From: a virus
Taxonomy: Duplodnaviria > Caudoviricetes
Length of the DNA: 32,056 nt
Reading direction: 5' to 3' (one strand)
Virus record (IMG/VR): IMGVR_UViG_3300048854_000072
Location: 1 to 32,056 of that record
Positions 1 to 8,300 of the stretch are shown here, in pieces (position 1 is the first letter of the stretch; the number at the start of each line of letters is the position of its first letter). A program made the position numbers and the translations under genes. The notes under the pieces were generated by a model. The model was not told where the DNA came from. It ran no database searches and saw nothing but the letters and a program-made list of their open reading frames with translations.

Positions 1-133
1 TCACTGCGTAACCCCAGAAGCCATCACGCGTGAGCATCACCGACGTCGCCGAGCAGGGCGCGGTAAATGCGGACACAGCGATATAGACCGCCAGGTACGC
101 ATAGATGAATCTCGCAAGGGCATCGGTTTTCAT
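1..133 (-). CDS. Membrane protein of the lysis cassette, holin-like candidate (partial, runs off the left edge)
   Basis: ATGA overlap with the endolysin stop at 130-133; manual translation MKTDALARFIYAYLAVYIAVSAFTAPCSATSVMLTRDGFWGYAV shows a hydrophobic helix; not in the supplied ORF track. Confidence 0.6.
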   Translation of the reverse strand, partial: MKTDALARFIYAYLAVYIAVSAFTAPCSATSVMLTRDGFWGYAV

Positions 134-690
134 GCGGCGACCCTCGCGTGATTGGCGCCAAGCTGGAACAGCACGCGCTCCGCTTCGCGCCGCTTGACCA
201 GCCCCGCCAGTACCTTGCCGCCCGCCTGATTCCAGCGTGCGAATTCGGCGATTGCGCCGTCCGTGTCGCCGGCATTGAGCTTGCGCAAAAGCGTCGACGT
301 GTCGAAATTGCCGCTGCCGATGTTGAATACGAGGTCGACGAGCGCGTCGTACTCCTCCTGGTTCAAAGCAACTTTGACGTCGCGCTTGACCACGGCTTCG
401 GCACCGCGCACGTCCGCCCGCAACCAGTCGACGGCCATGTCGCGCGTGATCACCATGCCGGGTCTGACGTCCGGGCCGGTATGTCCCCAGCCGCCCGTCC
501 ACGGCGCACCGTTCAGGGAGCCGAGATCGGTCGGAATCGCACCGCCGGCGAGTACACGCTGCCATAGCCCTCTCGCCTGCAGGGCTTTGGCGAGCGGCGA
601 TACTGGATCCGGATACGCGAACAGGACGAGCGTCTCAGCGTGCTCCGTGAGCGACATGCCCTGGTCGGAATATTTAAGGTTCTCGTTCAA
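130..690 (-). CDS. Endolysin, GH24/T4-lysozyme-like muramidase
   Basis: E-x8-D motif (ETLVLFAYPD), WTGGWGHT, DALVDLVFNIG, STLLRKLNAG, W..AGGKVLAGLVKRREAER; start set to TTG at 690 after a GGGGG RBS and downstream of two terminators. Confidence 0.93.
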   Translation of the reverse strand: MNENLKYSDQGMSLTEHAETLVLFAYPDPVSPLAKALQARGLWQRVLAGGAIPTDLGSLNGAPWTGGWGHTGPDVRPGMVITRDMAVDWLRADVRGAEAVVKRDVKVALNQEEYDALVDLVFNIGSGNFDTSTLLRKLNAGDTDGAIAEFARWNQAGGKVLAGLVKRREAERVLFQLGANHARVAA

Positions 691-705
691 ACGTGGCCCC
701 CAATG

Positions 706-737
706 AAAAAAACCGCGCCGATGCGAGATCGGAGCGG
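706..737 (-). terminator. Intrinsic terminator-like hairpin just upstream of the endolysin
   Basis: CCGC-x-CCGAT / ATCGG-x-GCGG stem followed by 7 T on the minus strand. Confidence 0.6.
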
Positions 738-741
738 CCAT

Positions 742-763
742 AAAAAAACCACCCGAAGGTGGT
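742..763 (-). terminator. Intrinsic terminator after the tail operon
   Basis: Minus strand ACCACC-TTCG-GGTGGT followed by a T run. Confidence 0.8.
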
Positions 764-788
764 CGAAAAAATTTACTTTGTCGTCGGT

Positions 789-1034
789 CTATCTGGCGAA
801 ACAGACGAGCCCGATCAATCCGCCCGTCAGCGTTGCAACGACATCCCAGACGGATACATCGCCGCCAGTGAAATGATCCAACACCTCCTTGACTATTCCG
901 GCGACGGCCACGAGGGCAATACCGACCTGCCAGTTGACGAGGTGCCCGATAGCGAAAATAAGCACACCCAAAATGACGTGCAGACACTTGTCCTGCGGAA
1001 TGGCTTTCATGATTACCGCTTCGATTGATCGCAT
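789..1034 (-). CDS. Small integral membrane protein with DKxLH motif (VanZ/YfiM-like appearance)
   Basis: QDKCLHVILG, KEVLD and WDVVATLTGG motifs with hydrophobic helices; directly follows the tailspike; alternative start at 1010. Confidence 0.7.
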   Translation of the reverse strand: MRSIEAVIMKAIPQDKCLHVILGVLIFAIGHLVNWQVGIALVAVAGIVKEVLDHFTGGDVSVWDVVATLTGGLIGLVCFAR

Positions 1035-1042
1035 GACTTCCC

Positions 1043-2941
1043 CTATCCCATGTACCAGACACCGTTGTATTGTGTGAACGTGTACATTGTCTTATCCGCA
1101 AGGGCCACGGCCGCACCGGTGGGCGTGCTAATACCCGAGCCATTGGCGATCGTGACTTGCGCATCACCGAGCACACGGATCGTGTCCCCTTCCGCGCCCC
1201 CCGTAAAATTGGTCACAGTCGTCGCCGTGGTATAGCCTGCGAATACCACGAGGCTTGTGCCTGTCACGTCGACAACCGTTGTTCCATCGGGTGGGCGGAT
1301 GGCTTGAGGCGGATTGACCACGCCTGAGCCGAGAAATCCCTGGGTCAGAAACAGGCCGGAGGCGTTGTAGAAGCCGCCGCAATCAATGTAGCTGTTGCGG
1401 ACGTTGGCGTTCGAATTACTGACATAGTCCTCGTAGCCATACTTCTGCGGGATCGTCGCGTCGTGACCATCCGATCGACACGAGGAGAACTTGCAGCCGC
1501 TTGATGTCGCGCTGGCATAGAAGCCAGAGTAAAGCCCTGAAGCGGCCAAACTATTGTTATAGGCCGTGCAAACGGACCCGATCACGTTGCCGTCAATCCA
1601 GAAGCCCACGCCACCGTTACTGTCACCACGGCATAAAGACATGCGATGGCCTGCGCCAGACTGCGGTCCAATGTAGATGCCGCGGTCCGCTTGTTCCCCG
1701 ACCGCATTGCTCAAGAAACTATTAGCACCATAGACAGCAATCGCCGCTCGAAAAAGATTCGCGTCGGTCACGGAGGCCGCCGACTGCCCGGCCATCTCGA
1801 CTCTGTTGATAAAGTCATCCGTGCCATGCGTCTCCAGAACCCCAACAACACCGGTGCGAGTCACACCGAGGAGACAGTTGGTGGCGAGCAGATCTTCGAA
1901 TACCACGCCCCAGCCGTTGCTATGCAGAAACGCCTGATCGGCGAAGCCATTGGCGGAGCAGCACTTTATCGCTCCCCACCTGGTTCCCTGGAAGCGTACA
2001 CCTCCTCCGGCATGGGCTGCACCCAATCCCTGGAAGTTAATGCCCTTTACGCTCAGCACGCCCCGCTTCAGGCTGGCCGGTGTGTCGACCACGAAACCGG
2101 GCGCAGCCTGCGACAGCGTGACGCCGGCAATCGGACCACCTACCTGAGCCAGATAACCGAAATGCTCCGCACCGCTGACCAGATGCACGCCGTCCCTGAG
2201 CACGACATTGCAGAAATAGTTGCCATTCGGAAAACGGATCACCCCGCCACCGGCTGCGGCCAGTACATCGATCGCCGATTGAATTGCTGCCGTGTCGTCG
2301 GCGCTGCCGTTACCTTTGGCGCCAAAGCGCTTCGGGTTGGCATAACCGTCATTGAGGTCATCCGCTACTGTTCGCGCAATGGAGCCGGCCAGCGCACCTT
2401 TAAAGCCGACCAATGATGCGCCGCTGGGCGCGGCAATCAGGCGATCGTCGGCAGCGTGCGCAACCATCGACACGCCCTTCTCCGGGTCGGCCAGGTCCCG
2501 ATCGTCCACGGCGTGTGCGACCATCCTGACGCCTTTGTCAGGGCTGGCCAGATCCGCGTCCTGGGTGTACGGACTCATGTCGACCCATGCCATGGATGCC
2601 CCGTCCTCTGCCACGCCCAGCATGCGACCCGCGTTGCCGGTCAGCAGCGGAATATTGACAGTCGCCGCATCAGCATGCGCCGCTGCAGCTGCGGCCTCAG
2701 CGGCCTGACGATCCTGCGCCACGATCACCGCGTCATGAGCCGTAGCCTGCGCATGATCACTGGCCTGGCTTGCTGACTCCAACGCCGAAGCCCGCGCATT
2801 GATCGCCGACTGGGCGGTATCAACCGTTTCCTGCAGCATCGGCAGCAGGTACTCTGTATGCCCGCCGTCAAGCATGTCCCGCTCAGTACTGCCGTCGTCG
2901 GAGTACTGATGTCCGGTCAGGGGGAAAGTTACTTTGCTCAT
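1043..2941 (-). CDS. Tailspike/receptor-binding protein with pectate-lyase-like right-handed beta-helix (probable polysaccharide depolymerase)
   Basis: NPKRFGAKGNGSADDTAAIQSAID...GGVIRFPNGNY cap motif, Asn/Gly-rich beta repeats, N-terminal Ala-rich coiled coil; ATGA overlap with the upstream gene fixes the start at 2941. Confidence 0.88.
   Translation of the reverse strand: MSKVTFPLTGHQYSDDGSTERDMLDGGHTEYLLPMLQETVDTAQSAINARASALESASQASDHAQATAHDAVIVAQDRQAAEAAAAAAHADAATVNIPLLTGNAGRMLGVAEDGASMAWVDMSPYTQDADLASPDKGVRMVAHAVDDRDLADPEKGVSMVAHAADDRLIAAPSGASLVGFKGALAGSIARTVADDLNDGYANPKRFGAKGNGSADDTAAIQSAIDVLAAAGGGVIRFPNGNYFCNVVLRDGVHLVSGAEHFGYLAQVGGPIAGVTLSQAAPGFVVDTPASLKRGVLSVKGINFQGLGAAHAGGGVRFQGTRWGAIKCCSANGFADQAFLHSNGWGVVFEDLLATNCLLGVTRTGVVGVLETHGTDDFINRVEMAGQSAASVTDANLFRAAIAVYGANSFLSNAVGEQADRGIYIGPQSGAGHRMSLCRGDSNGGVGFWIDGNVIGSVCTAYNNSLAASGLYSGFYASATSSGCKFSSCRSDGHDATIPQKYGYEDYVSNSNANVRNSYIDCGGFYNASGLFLTQGFLGSGVVNPPQAIRPPDGTTVVDVTGTSLVVFAGYTTATTVTNFTGGAEGDTIRVLGDAQVTIANGSGISTPTGAAVALADKTMYTFTQYNGVWYMG
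2442..2555 (-). repeat. Two tandem 57-nt (19-aa) imperfect repeats in the tailspike neck
   Basis: DLASPDKGVRMVAHAVDDR / DLADPEKGVSMVAHAADDR, followed by a related partial LIAAPSGASLVG. Confidence 0.85.
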
Positions 2942-3816
2942 CGAATTTCCTCGAGCTCGAAGGCGTTGGTATGGTTGTTGAGGAACGAAAGCTGTAGCGG
3001 ATTGATCTGCCGCATGCGGGCAAGAAAGGAGTGCCGCAGCAGATTGATCGCGTCGTCGCTGTCCCACACAAACAGCAGTTCCTGGTCGATGCCTGCTGCC
3101 CGCTGTGTTTCGAACACTCGACCGTACGCTTCGTCGTCGGAGAGCCAGTCGAGTGAGAACTTCTGCACGCGCCGGCCGTTGCGCCGCTCGAAATACGGCG
3201 TCCCGTCCACGGCCCTGTCCATCGTGGTATCGAACTCCCAGCCAAGCTGCGGGTTATAGCTCGCATTGTTCGTTGGCGACCACGCCTGGGACACGAACAC
3301 ACGGCCGAATTCGAGATACCCATCCGGATTGCCTTCGTCAGAGAATTCGAACCGGACGTAGCGGCCGAAGACGGGCGTCCTGATCACGCATAGAATCAGC
3401 GCCGGATAGCTCTTGCGCTGGTCCTCCGGCAGCCGCCCGTCCCACCAGTTCGGATCTTCCCAGTCAAGCATCGACGGACTGTAGAGCCGTGGCCATGCCT
3501 GCCGCCACACGGAGCCGTAAAGCGGAGAGCTGAGTGTCGAGTCAAACACGGACGTATTGAAATCCGGATCGCGCGACACGCGGATCCGATAGCGTCCGTT
3601 GAGTGTCAGGTTGTGACGGATCATTGCGAACATCGACACCTTGCGCGAGACCTTCAGGTCCACGTCGAACTGCGTATCAGCCATTGCCGCTGTCGTGCTG
3701 CGCGCCACACGTGACAGGCGCGGGTCCTGCAGGTTCGTGAGCGGCGCCTGCCATGCACCACCCGAAAGCACCCCGGCGTCCGTCTGGTTCGGAAACCCCA
3801 GCATGAGTTTTGCCAT
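2938..3816 (-). CDS. Tail tip structural protein (distal-tail-like)
   Basis: Lies between the tail hub gene and the tailspike; beta-rich, with RYVRFEFSD..NPDGYLEFGRVF; RBS GGGACAGG before ATG 3816; alternative coupled start at 3852. Confidence 0.7.
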   Translation of the reverse strand: MAKLMLGFPNQTDAGVLSGGAWQAPLTNLQDPRLSRVARSTTAAMADTQFDVDLKVSRKVSMFAMIRHNLTLNGRYRIRVSRDPDFNTSVFDSTLSSPLYGSVWRQAWPRLYSPSMLDWEDPNWWDGRLPEDQRKSYPALILCVIRTPVFGRYVRFEFSDEGNPDGYLEFGRVFVSQAWSPTNNASYNPQLGWEFDTTMDRAVDGTPYFERRNGRRVQKFSLDWLSDDEAYGRVFETQRAAGIDQELLFVWDSDDAINLLRHSFLARMRQINPLQLSFLNNHTNAFELEEIR

Positions 3817-3851
3817 GCGCCTGTCCCTTGCTTGTCCATTGTTACCGTTCA

Positions 3852-5330
3852 TCAGCCCCACAGCACGAGCGCCGCGCGCCCGTGTGTGAAACCGGTATTG
3901 ATGCCGATCACGCGAAAGAGCCGACCGCTTAGCCCGAAGCGCGGCGTGTCGAGCGCCACGACGTCGCCCAGGTCCACTTCACCAAGCTCAGTCACCGGCA
4001 CGTCGACATCGAGCGTGAGACGCCGTACGCCGTACAAAGCAAGACGCCGCTGCGATTCCGCAACGGCGTCCGGTTCATTCGCGAGCCCTGTATCGAAGCT
4101 CAGTTCGTCCGCGTGCGGCCACGGCACCCTGATTGCCGGGCCTTCGCTGGTCGACGTGCGGAATTGCTGCGCGAGCCACGCCACCGTCCGCGCTGACGCC
4201 GCAGCAACATCCGTCTGCGTGGTGTAGTTGCGCGCATAGTTCACTGCGACGCTCCATGCCGGCACGCCCGCCGCTCGTACGGTCAGCGCCATCTGCGTTT
4301 CCTCGCCCCACGTGACCACGGGCGTGCCCGCTGGCGCGTCGAGCCGCCCCATTCGCAGGCGGCTTAAACGATCGAATCCGTACCACGCGCCGATTGAGCC
4401 CGCGATTCCGTCCATCAGCGATTGCGGTGTCGCATCCGCATCAGCCCACGTCCCCGTCACTGCTCCATTTAAAGCATCAAGCGCGGCGACATCCGTCATC
4501 ACAATGTCCGCGTCGGGCACACCTGCGTCCCTCGCAATGGCGACGAGCAGATCTGCGGCACTGGTGCGCGCGCCCTGCGCGTCGCAGGTCACCGTGCCAG
4601 CGGGCGCACTGCCGAGCCGGAAGAAGCCAGCTGTGCAACGGAATTGCCCAGGCGATGGCGCCGTTGCCTGCATGTCGTCCGTGCTGGCATAGTCCGCGCC
4701 ACGGGTGAGCGCAACGCCGTTGTCATACACGGCTGTCACGACGCACGCCGCGTCGCTGACCTGATAGATCAGCTTCGACGTGTTCACACACTTTGGGGAG
4801 ACGTTCAGCACCAAGCCATAGACACGCGGCTTGAACTGATCCTTCAGATCGCCCTTCGTGCCCTCGATACCGGCTGGCAGCACGTTATTGCCAAGGTATC
4901 TGGGACGATTGGCGATCGTCAGATCCGCGAGCCTGTCCTCGATCACGACCGACAGCCCGGTGTCCTGCACTGAAACGTCCGACAGCGTGCCGGTCATCAC
5001 CACCGCCCACTGCGAGTACGGCACACTGGGCTCGCCCATCCGGACGACGAAACGCCGCCCGGAGAAAGCGTAGTCGGTGGCCAGATCATCAAGATGGCCA
5101 TCCTGGTTCACCAGCAGCACATTGCCAATCGTTACACGGGTCGCACCGAACGTTGCCGCCCCGTCGAACAGCAGCCGGTCGAGCGTGGGCGGCGTCTTGA
5201 TGACAGGCTCGAAATAGACATTTGGCGGCGTATCGTCGGGCCGCGTCATGAAACCGACCTCCGAGAAATACCGCGTATGCACCTGCCCGGTCGGCAAGTG
5301 AAACGCATCGGCTTCGAGCGCTATGATCAT
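3852..5330 (-). CDS. Tail tip/baseplate hub-like protein
   Basis: 492 aa, ATGA-coupled to the tape measure gene; KPRVYG and C-terminal VDLGDVV motifs typical of tail hub proteins. Confidence 0.72.
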   Translation of the reverse strand: MIIALEADAFHLPTGQVHTRYFSEVGFMTRPDDTPPNVYFEPVIKTPPTLDRLLFDGAATFGATRVTIGNVLLVNQDGHLDDLATDYAFSGRRFVVRMGEPSVPYSQWAVVMTGTLSDVSVQDTGLSVVIEDRLADLTIANRPRYLGNNVLPAGIEGTKGDLKDQFKPRVYGLVLNVSPKCVNTSKLIYQVSDAACVVTAVYDNGVALTRGADYASTDDMQATAPSPGQFRCTAGFFRLGSAPAGTVTCDAQGARTSAADLLVAIARDAGVPDADIVMTDVAALDALNGAVTGTWADADATPQSLMDGIAGSIGAWYGFDRLSRLRMGRLDAPAGTPVVTWGEETQMALTVRAAGVPAWSVAVNYARNYTTQTDVAAASARTVAWLAQQFRTSTSEGPAIRVPWPHADELSFDTGLANEPDAVAESQRRLALYGVRRLTLDVDVPVTELGEVDLGDVVALDTPRFGLSGRLFRVIGINTGFTHGRAALVLWG

Positions 5331-8300
5331 GTTTGCCCTGGCCTCCTTTGCTGTTGCAGGACCGCAGTCTGCTGGTCCATCTTCTCCGACCCGTCACGCG
5401 CAATCGCGTCGGCCTGCTGGAGCTGTGCGGCAAGTAACTTTGCGATTGCTTCCGCCTGCTTCGCGTTCTGCTCCCGCAATGCCTTCAGCTCCTGTAGCAG
5501 CGGATCGTTGGCGCTCGACTGGTATCGCGTGAAATCGACCGCCTGCATGGCAGGCAATCGCGAATCGAGCGACCGTGCTTCATTGGCGGTGAGCACCCGT
5601 TCCCCCGCATGCAGTTCGGCGATATAGCCGTCGAACGGCACACGGTACAGACCGGACGCATGCGAGCCGTTGACCGACGTCCATGCCTGCAGACTCGCGA
5701 TCGCTTCGGCCACGCTCTGCACCGACGTGTTCACGTCGACGATGCCCTTCACCATCTCTTTCAACTGATCAAGCTGGGCATCCACCGACGAGCTGGCATA
5801 GTCCATCGACTGCATGACTTCGGCGAGATCCGATTGATACTGGCCAGAGCTCGCGTTGTACGCCTTCGACGCATTGAGGAAATCCTGCGCGGCCGACGTG
5901 AGGCCGGCCTGCGCGGTCGCGTCCCCGCCAATCGCCTTGCCGTACAGATCCTCGAATCGCTGACGCGTTTCTGCATACTGCTGCTCCGGCGACGCGGTCG
6001 AGAGATCGCCAGTAGTGAGCGACTGGCGAAACTGGTCGACCTGATCCCTGAACGATTGCAGCGCCTGCGACTGGGTGCTGTAAGCAGAGGCCACCGCGGA
6101 CTCGTACGAACTGACGACATTGTCGAACGCAGGCGCCAGCGCAAGCAGCGACACATAGGCCTGCTGTCCCGCCGCCGTCGACAGGTCGAGCGACTCGACA
6201 AGGTCACGGAACTGGTCCCGCGTGTGAATGCCGCTATAGCCGAGCGCGGCCAACTGGTCCGTCACGGACTTTGACGCGTCGTCGGCCTGTTGGGCTGCTG
6301 ACGTGAAATGTTGATAGAAGAACGTTGCGCTCGTGTTGAAAGAGTCCACACCACCAGCCAGATTCAGCACTGCTGTTTGTGCATCGACCGAGGCGTTCTT
6401 GAGATTGTTGAAGTCGTCGCCCATCTTCTGGATGGAATCGAACAGCGACTTCAACGAACTAAGCTCGCTCAGCAGCGAGGTGATGTCATCGGCCGACAGC
6501 GTCGACGCGTCGACGCCCTGCAGTACAGCGGCATAGGGCGTGTCCAGATTCGCCTTTTGCAACGAGTCGATAACGGAGCGCTGCAACTGCAGACTAAAGT
6601 CGTTCAGCACCGTCGTCGAATCCTTGACGCCATTCAGATCCTGACGGTTGACGTCGGTGTCCAGATCACCGAAGCCGGCGGCCACGAACGAATTGCCTTT
6701 CTGCGGGCTGATTTCATAGGTCGCGGAATACTGCCCCAACCCGTCGATCGACCCGCCCAGTTGCGAGGCCAGCGACTTGATCGAGTCATACGTGTTCTTG
6801 ATCGAGGCCTGAACATCAGTTGCAGCCGGATCTCCTCCAGACGGGCCGCGCACCTTGGTGATGTTGTCGTTACTGTCGATCGTATAGTCAGCGCCATAGC
6901 GGGTCTCCCCGCCACCGATGAAAGAGCCAACCAGCGAGCCCAATACCATCCCGACAACGGCGCCGATCGGCCCGGCAAGAGAGCCCAGTGACGCACCGAT
7001 CGCGGTGCCCGCCAGGGCCGAAGAGGCCCCGATTGCCAGACCGCCCATCGCGCCAAGGGATCCACCAAGGTTCGAATACCCCTTGTTCCCGAACAGAGCG
7101 CCACCAGCGAGACCGCCCAGCAGGCCGGCGCCGCCGTACATCAGCCCTCCAGACGATCCAAGCGTGCTACCAAGGCCGCTGCCCGCCTCGCCTGCCGTGA
7201 ATCCATAGGCATTGGAGCCGAGCGCAGACGCATAGCCGCCGGCGCTTGCTGCCACGTCTCCACCGATGCCACCGCCCAGTCCGCCTAGCAGGACACCGCC
7301 GCCCGACAATGCGCCCGTGCTTGCGCCTGCGATCGCCGACGCACCGAGCGCGGTAGATGCACCACCGTATCCCTGAATCCACCCCATCACGGTGTTATAG
7401 CCGTTGGACAGGTTGTTATACGTGCCGTACGGATTCGACAGCAGGTTGTTCAGCGTACCGTTTCCGCCGCCCATCCCGTTGTTCTGCAGGATCGAGCTCT
7501 GCACCCCGCTGCCGCCGGCAATGCCGGCAATCTGCGCGATCACGCTGATGACGAAAGGTTTTGCAAACGACTTGTACAGCTCGTCGACAACCGTCGTCTC
7601 AAAGGTGTTCTTCAGAGACTTCGTAAAGCTCGACCAGCCGTTCTTGCCGTCCGTGAGCATCTGCAGGAAGCCGTTGTGAAAGTCGGTCCCAATGCCGTCA
7701 ATCGTGCTCTGCCAGCTCTTGACCAGATCGTCCTGCTGTTTCTTTGCCTGCGCAAGATCGTCAAGCGTCGCCTGATCGCTGGCGACACCATGCAATGCGG
7801 TCGAAAGTGACTTTGCTTTCGCGATCGCTTCGTCCCAGGAGTTCGTGTCCGCAAGATTGCCCTGCAACAGCGCAATTGCACGTCCCTGCTCGAGCGCGGC
7901 AACGGTGTCGTCAGCACGCGATGCCCTGAGGTCATCGATCGCGGACTTCGTCATGCCGAAGGTATCGATCTGGTCGCGCAGCGACTGCCCCTGCTGGTTC
8001 GCCGAGTCGATCTGCTTCTGCATCGCATCGAGCTGGGACGTGCCGTATTTGTCCCACACCTCGTCTTCCTGCGCAGCCGACTGCGCTACCTTCTGGAAGA
8101 ACTCCTCGACGGCCTTGCCGCCGTCAGCGAGCGCCTTGCGTTCCTGATTGGCGAGCTGCGCGCGCTGCACGGCACTCAGGTTCCGGTTGTTCATGCCCTG
8201 CGCGATCAGCGCGGCTTCCCGGTTTGCGGCGTCGATATGATCGGTCGCGGCCTGCGCGAGCAGATTGCGATCCAGCGTGTAATAGTCGGTGATCGACAGC

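Noticed and set aside
691-1176. Apparent 160-aa N-terminal extension of the endolysin in the ORF track
   Set aside because: Runs through two terminators and overlaps two other genes; TTG at 690 has an RBS and gives a normal-size lysozyme
1043-2941. Diversity-generating retroelement or invertible tail-fibre switch
   Set aside because: No reverse transcriptase, invertase, template/variable repeat pair or flanking inverted sites seen in the window
6900-7520. Gly-rich hydrophobic stretch suggesting a toxin or bacteriocin insert
   Set aside because: In frame within the tape measure protein, where such membrane-interacting segments are usual
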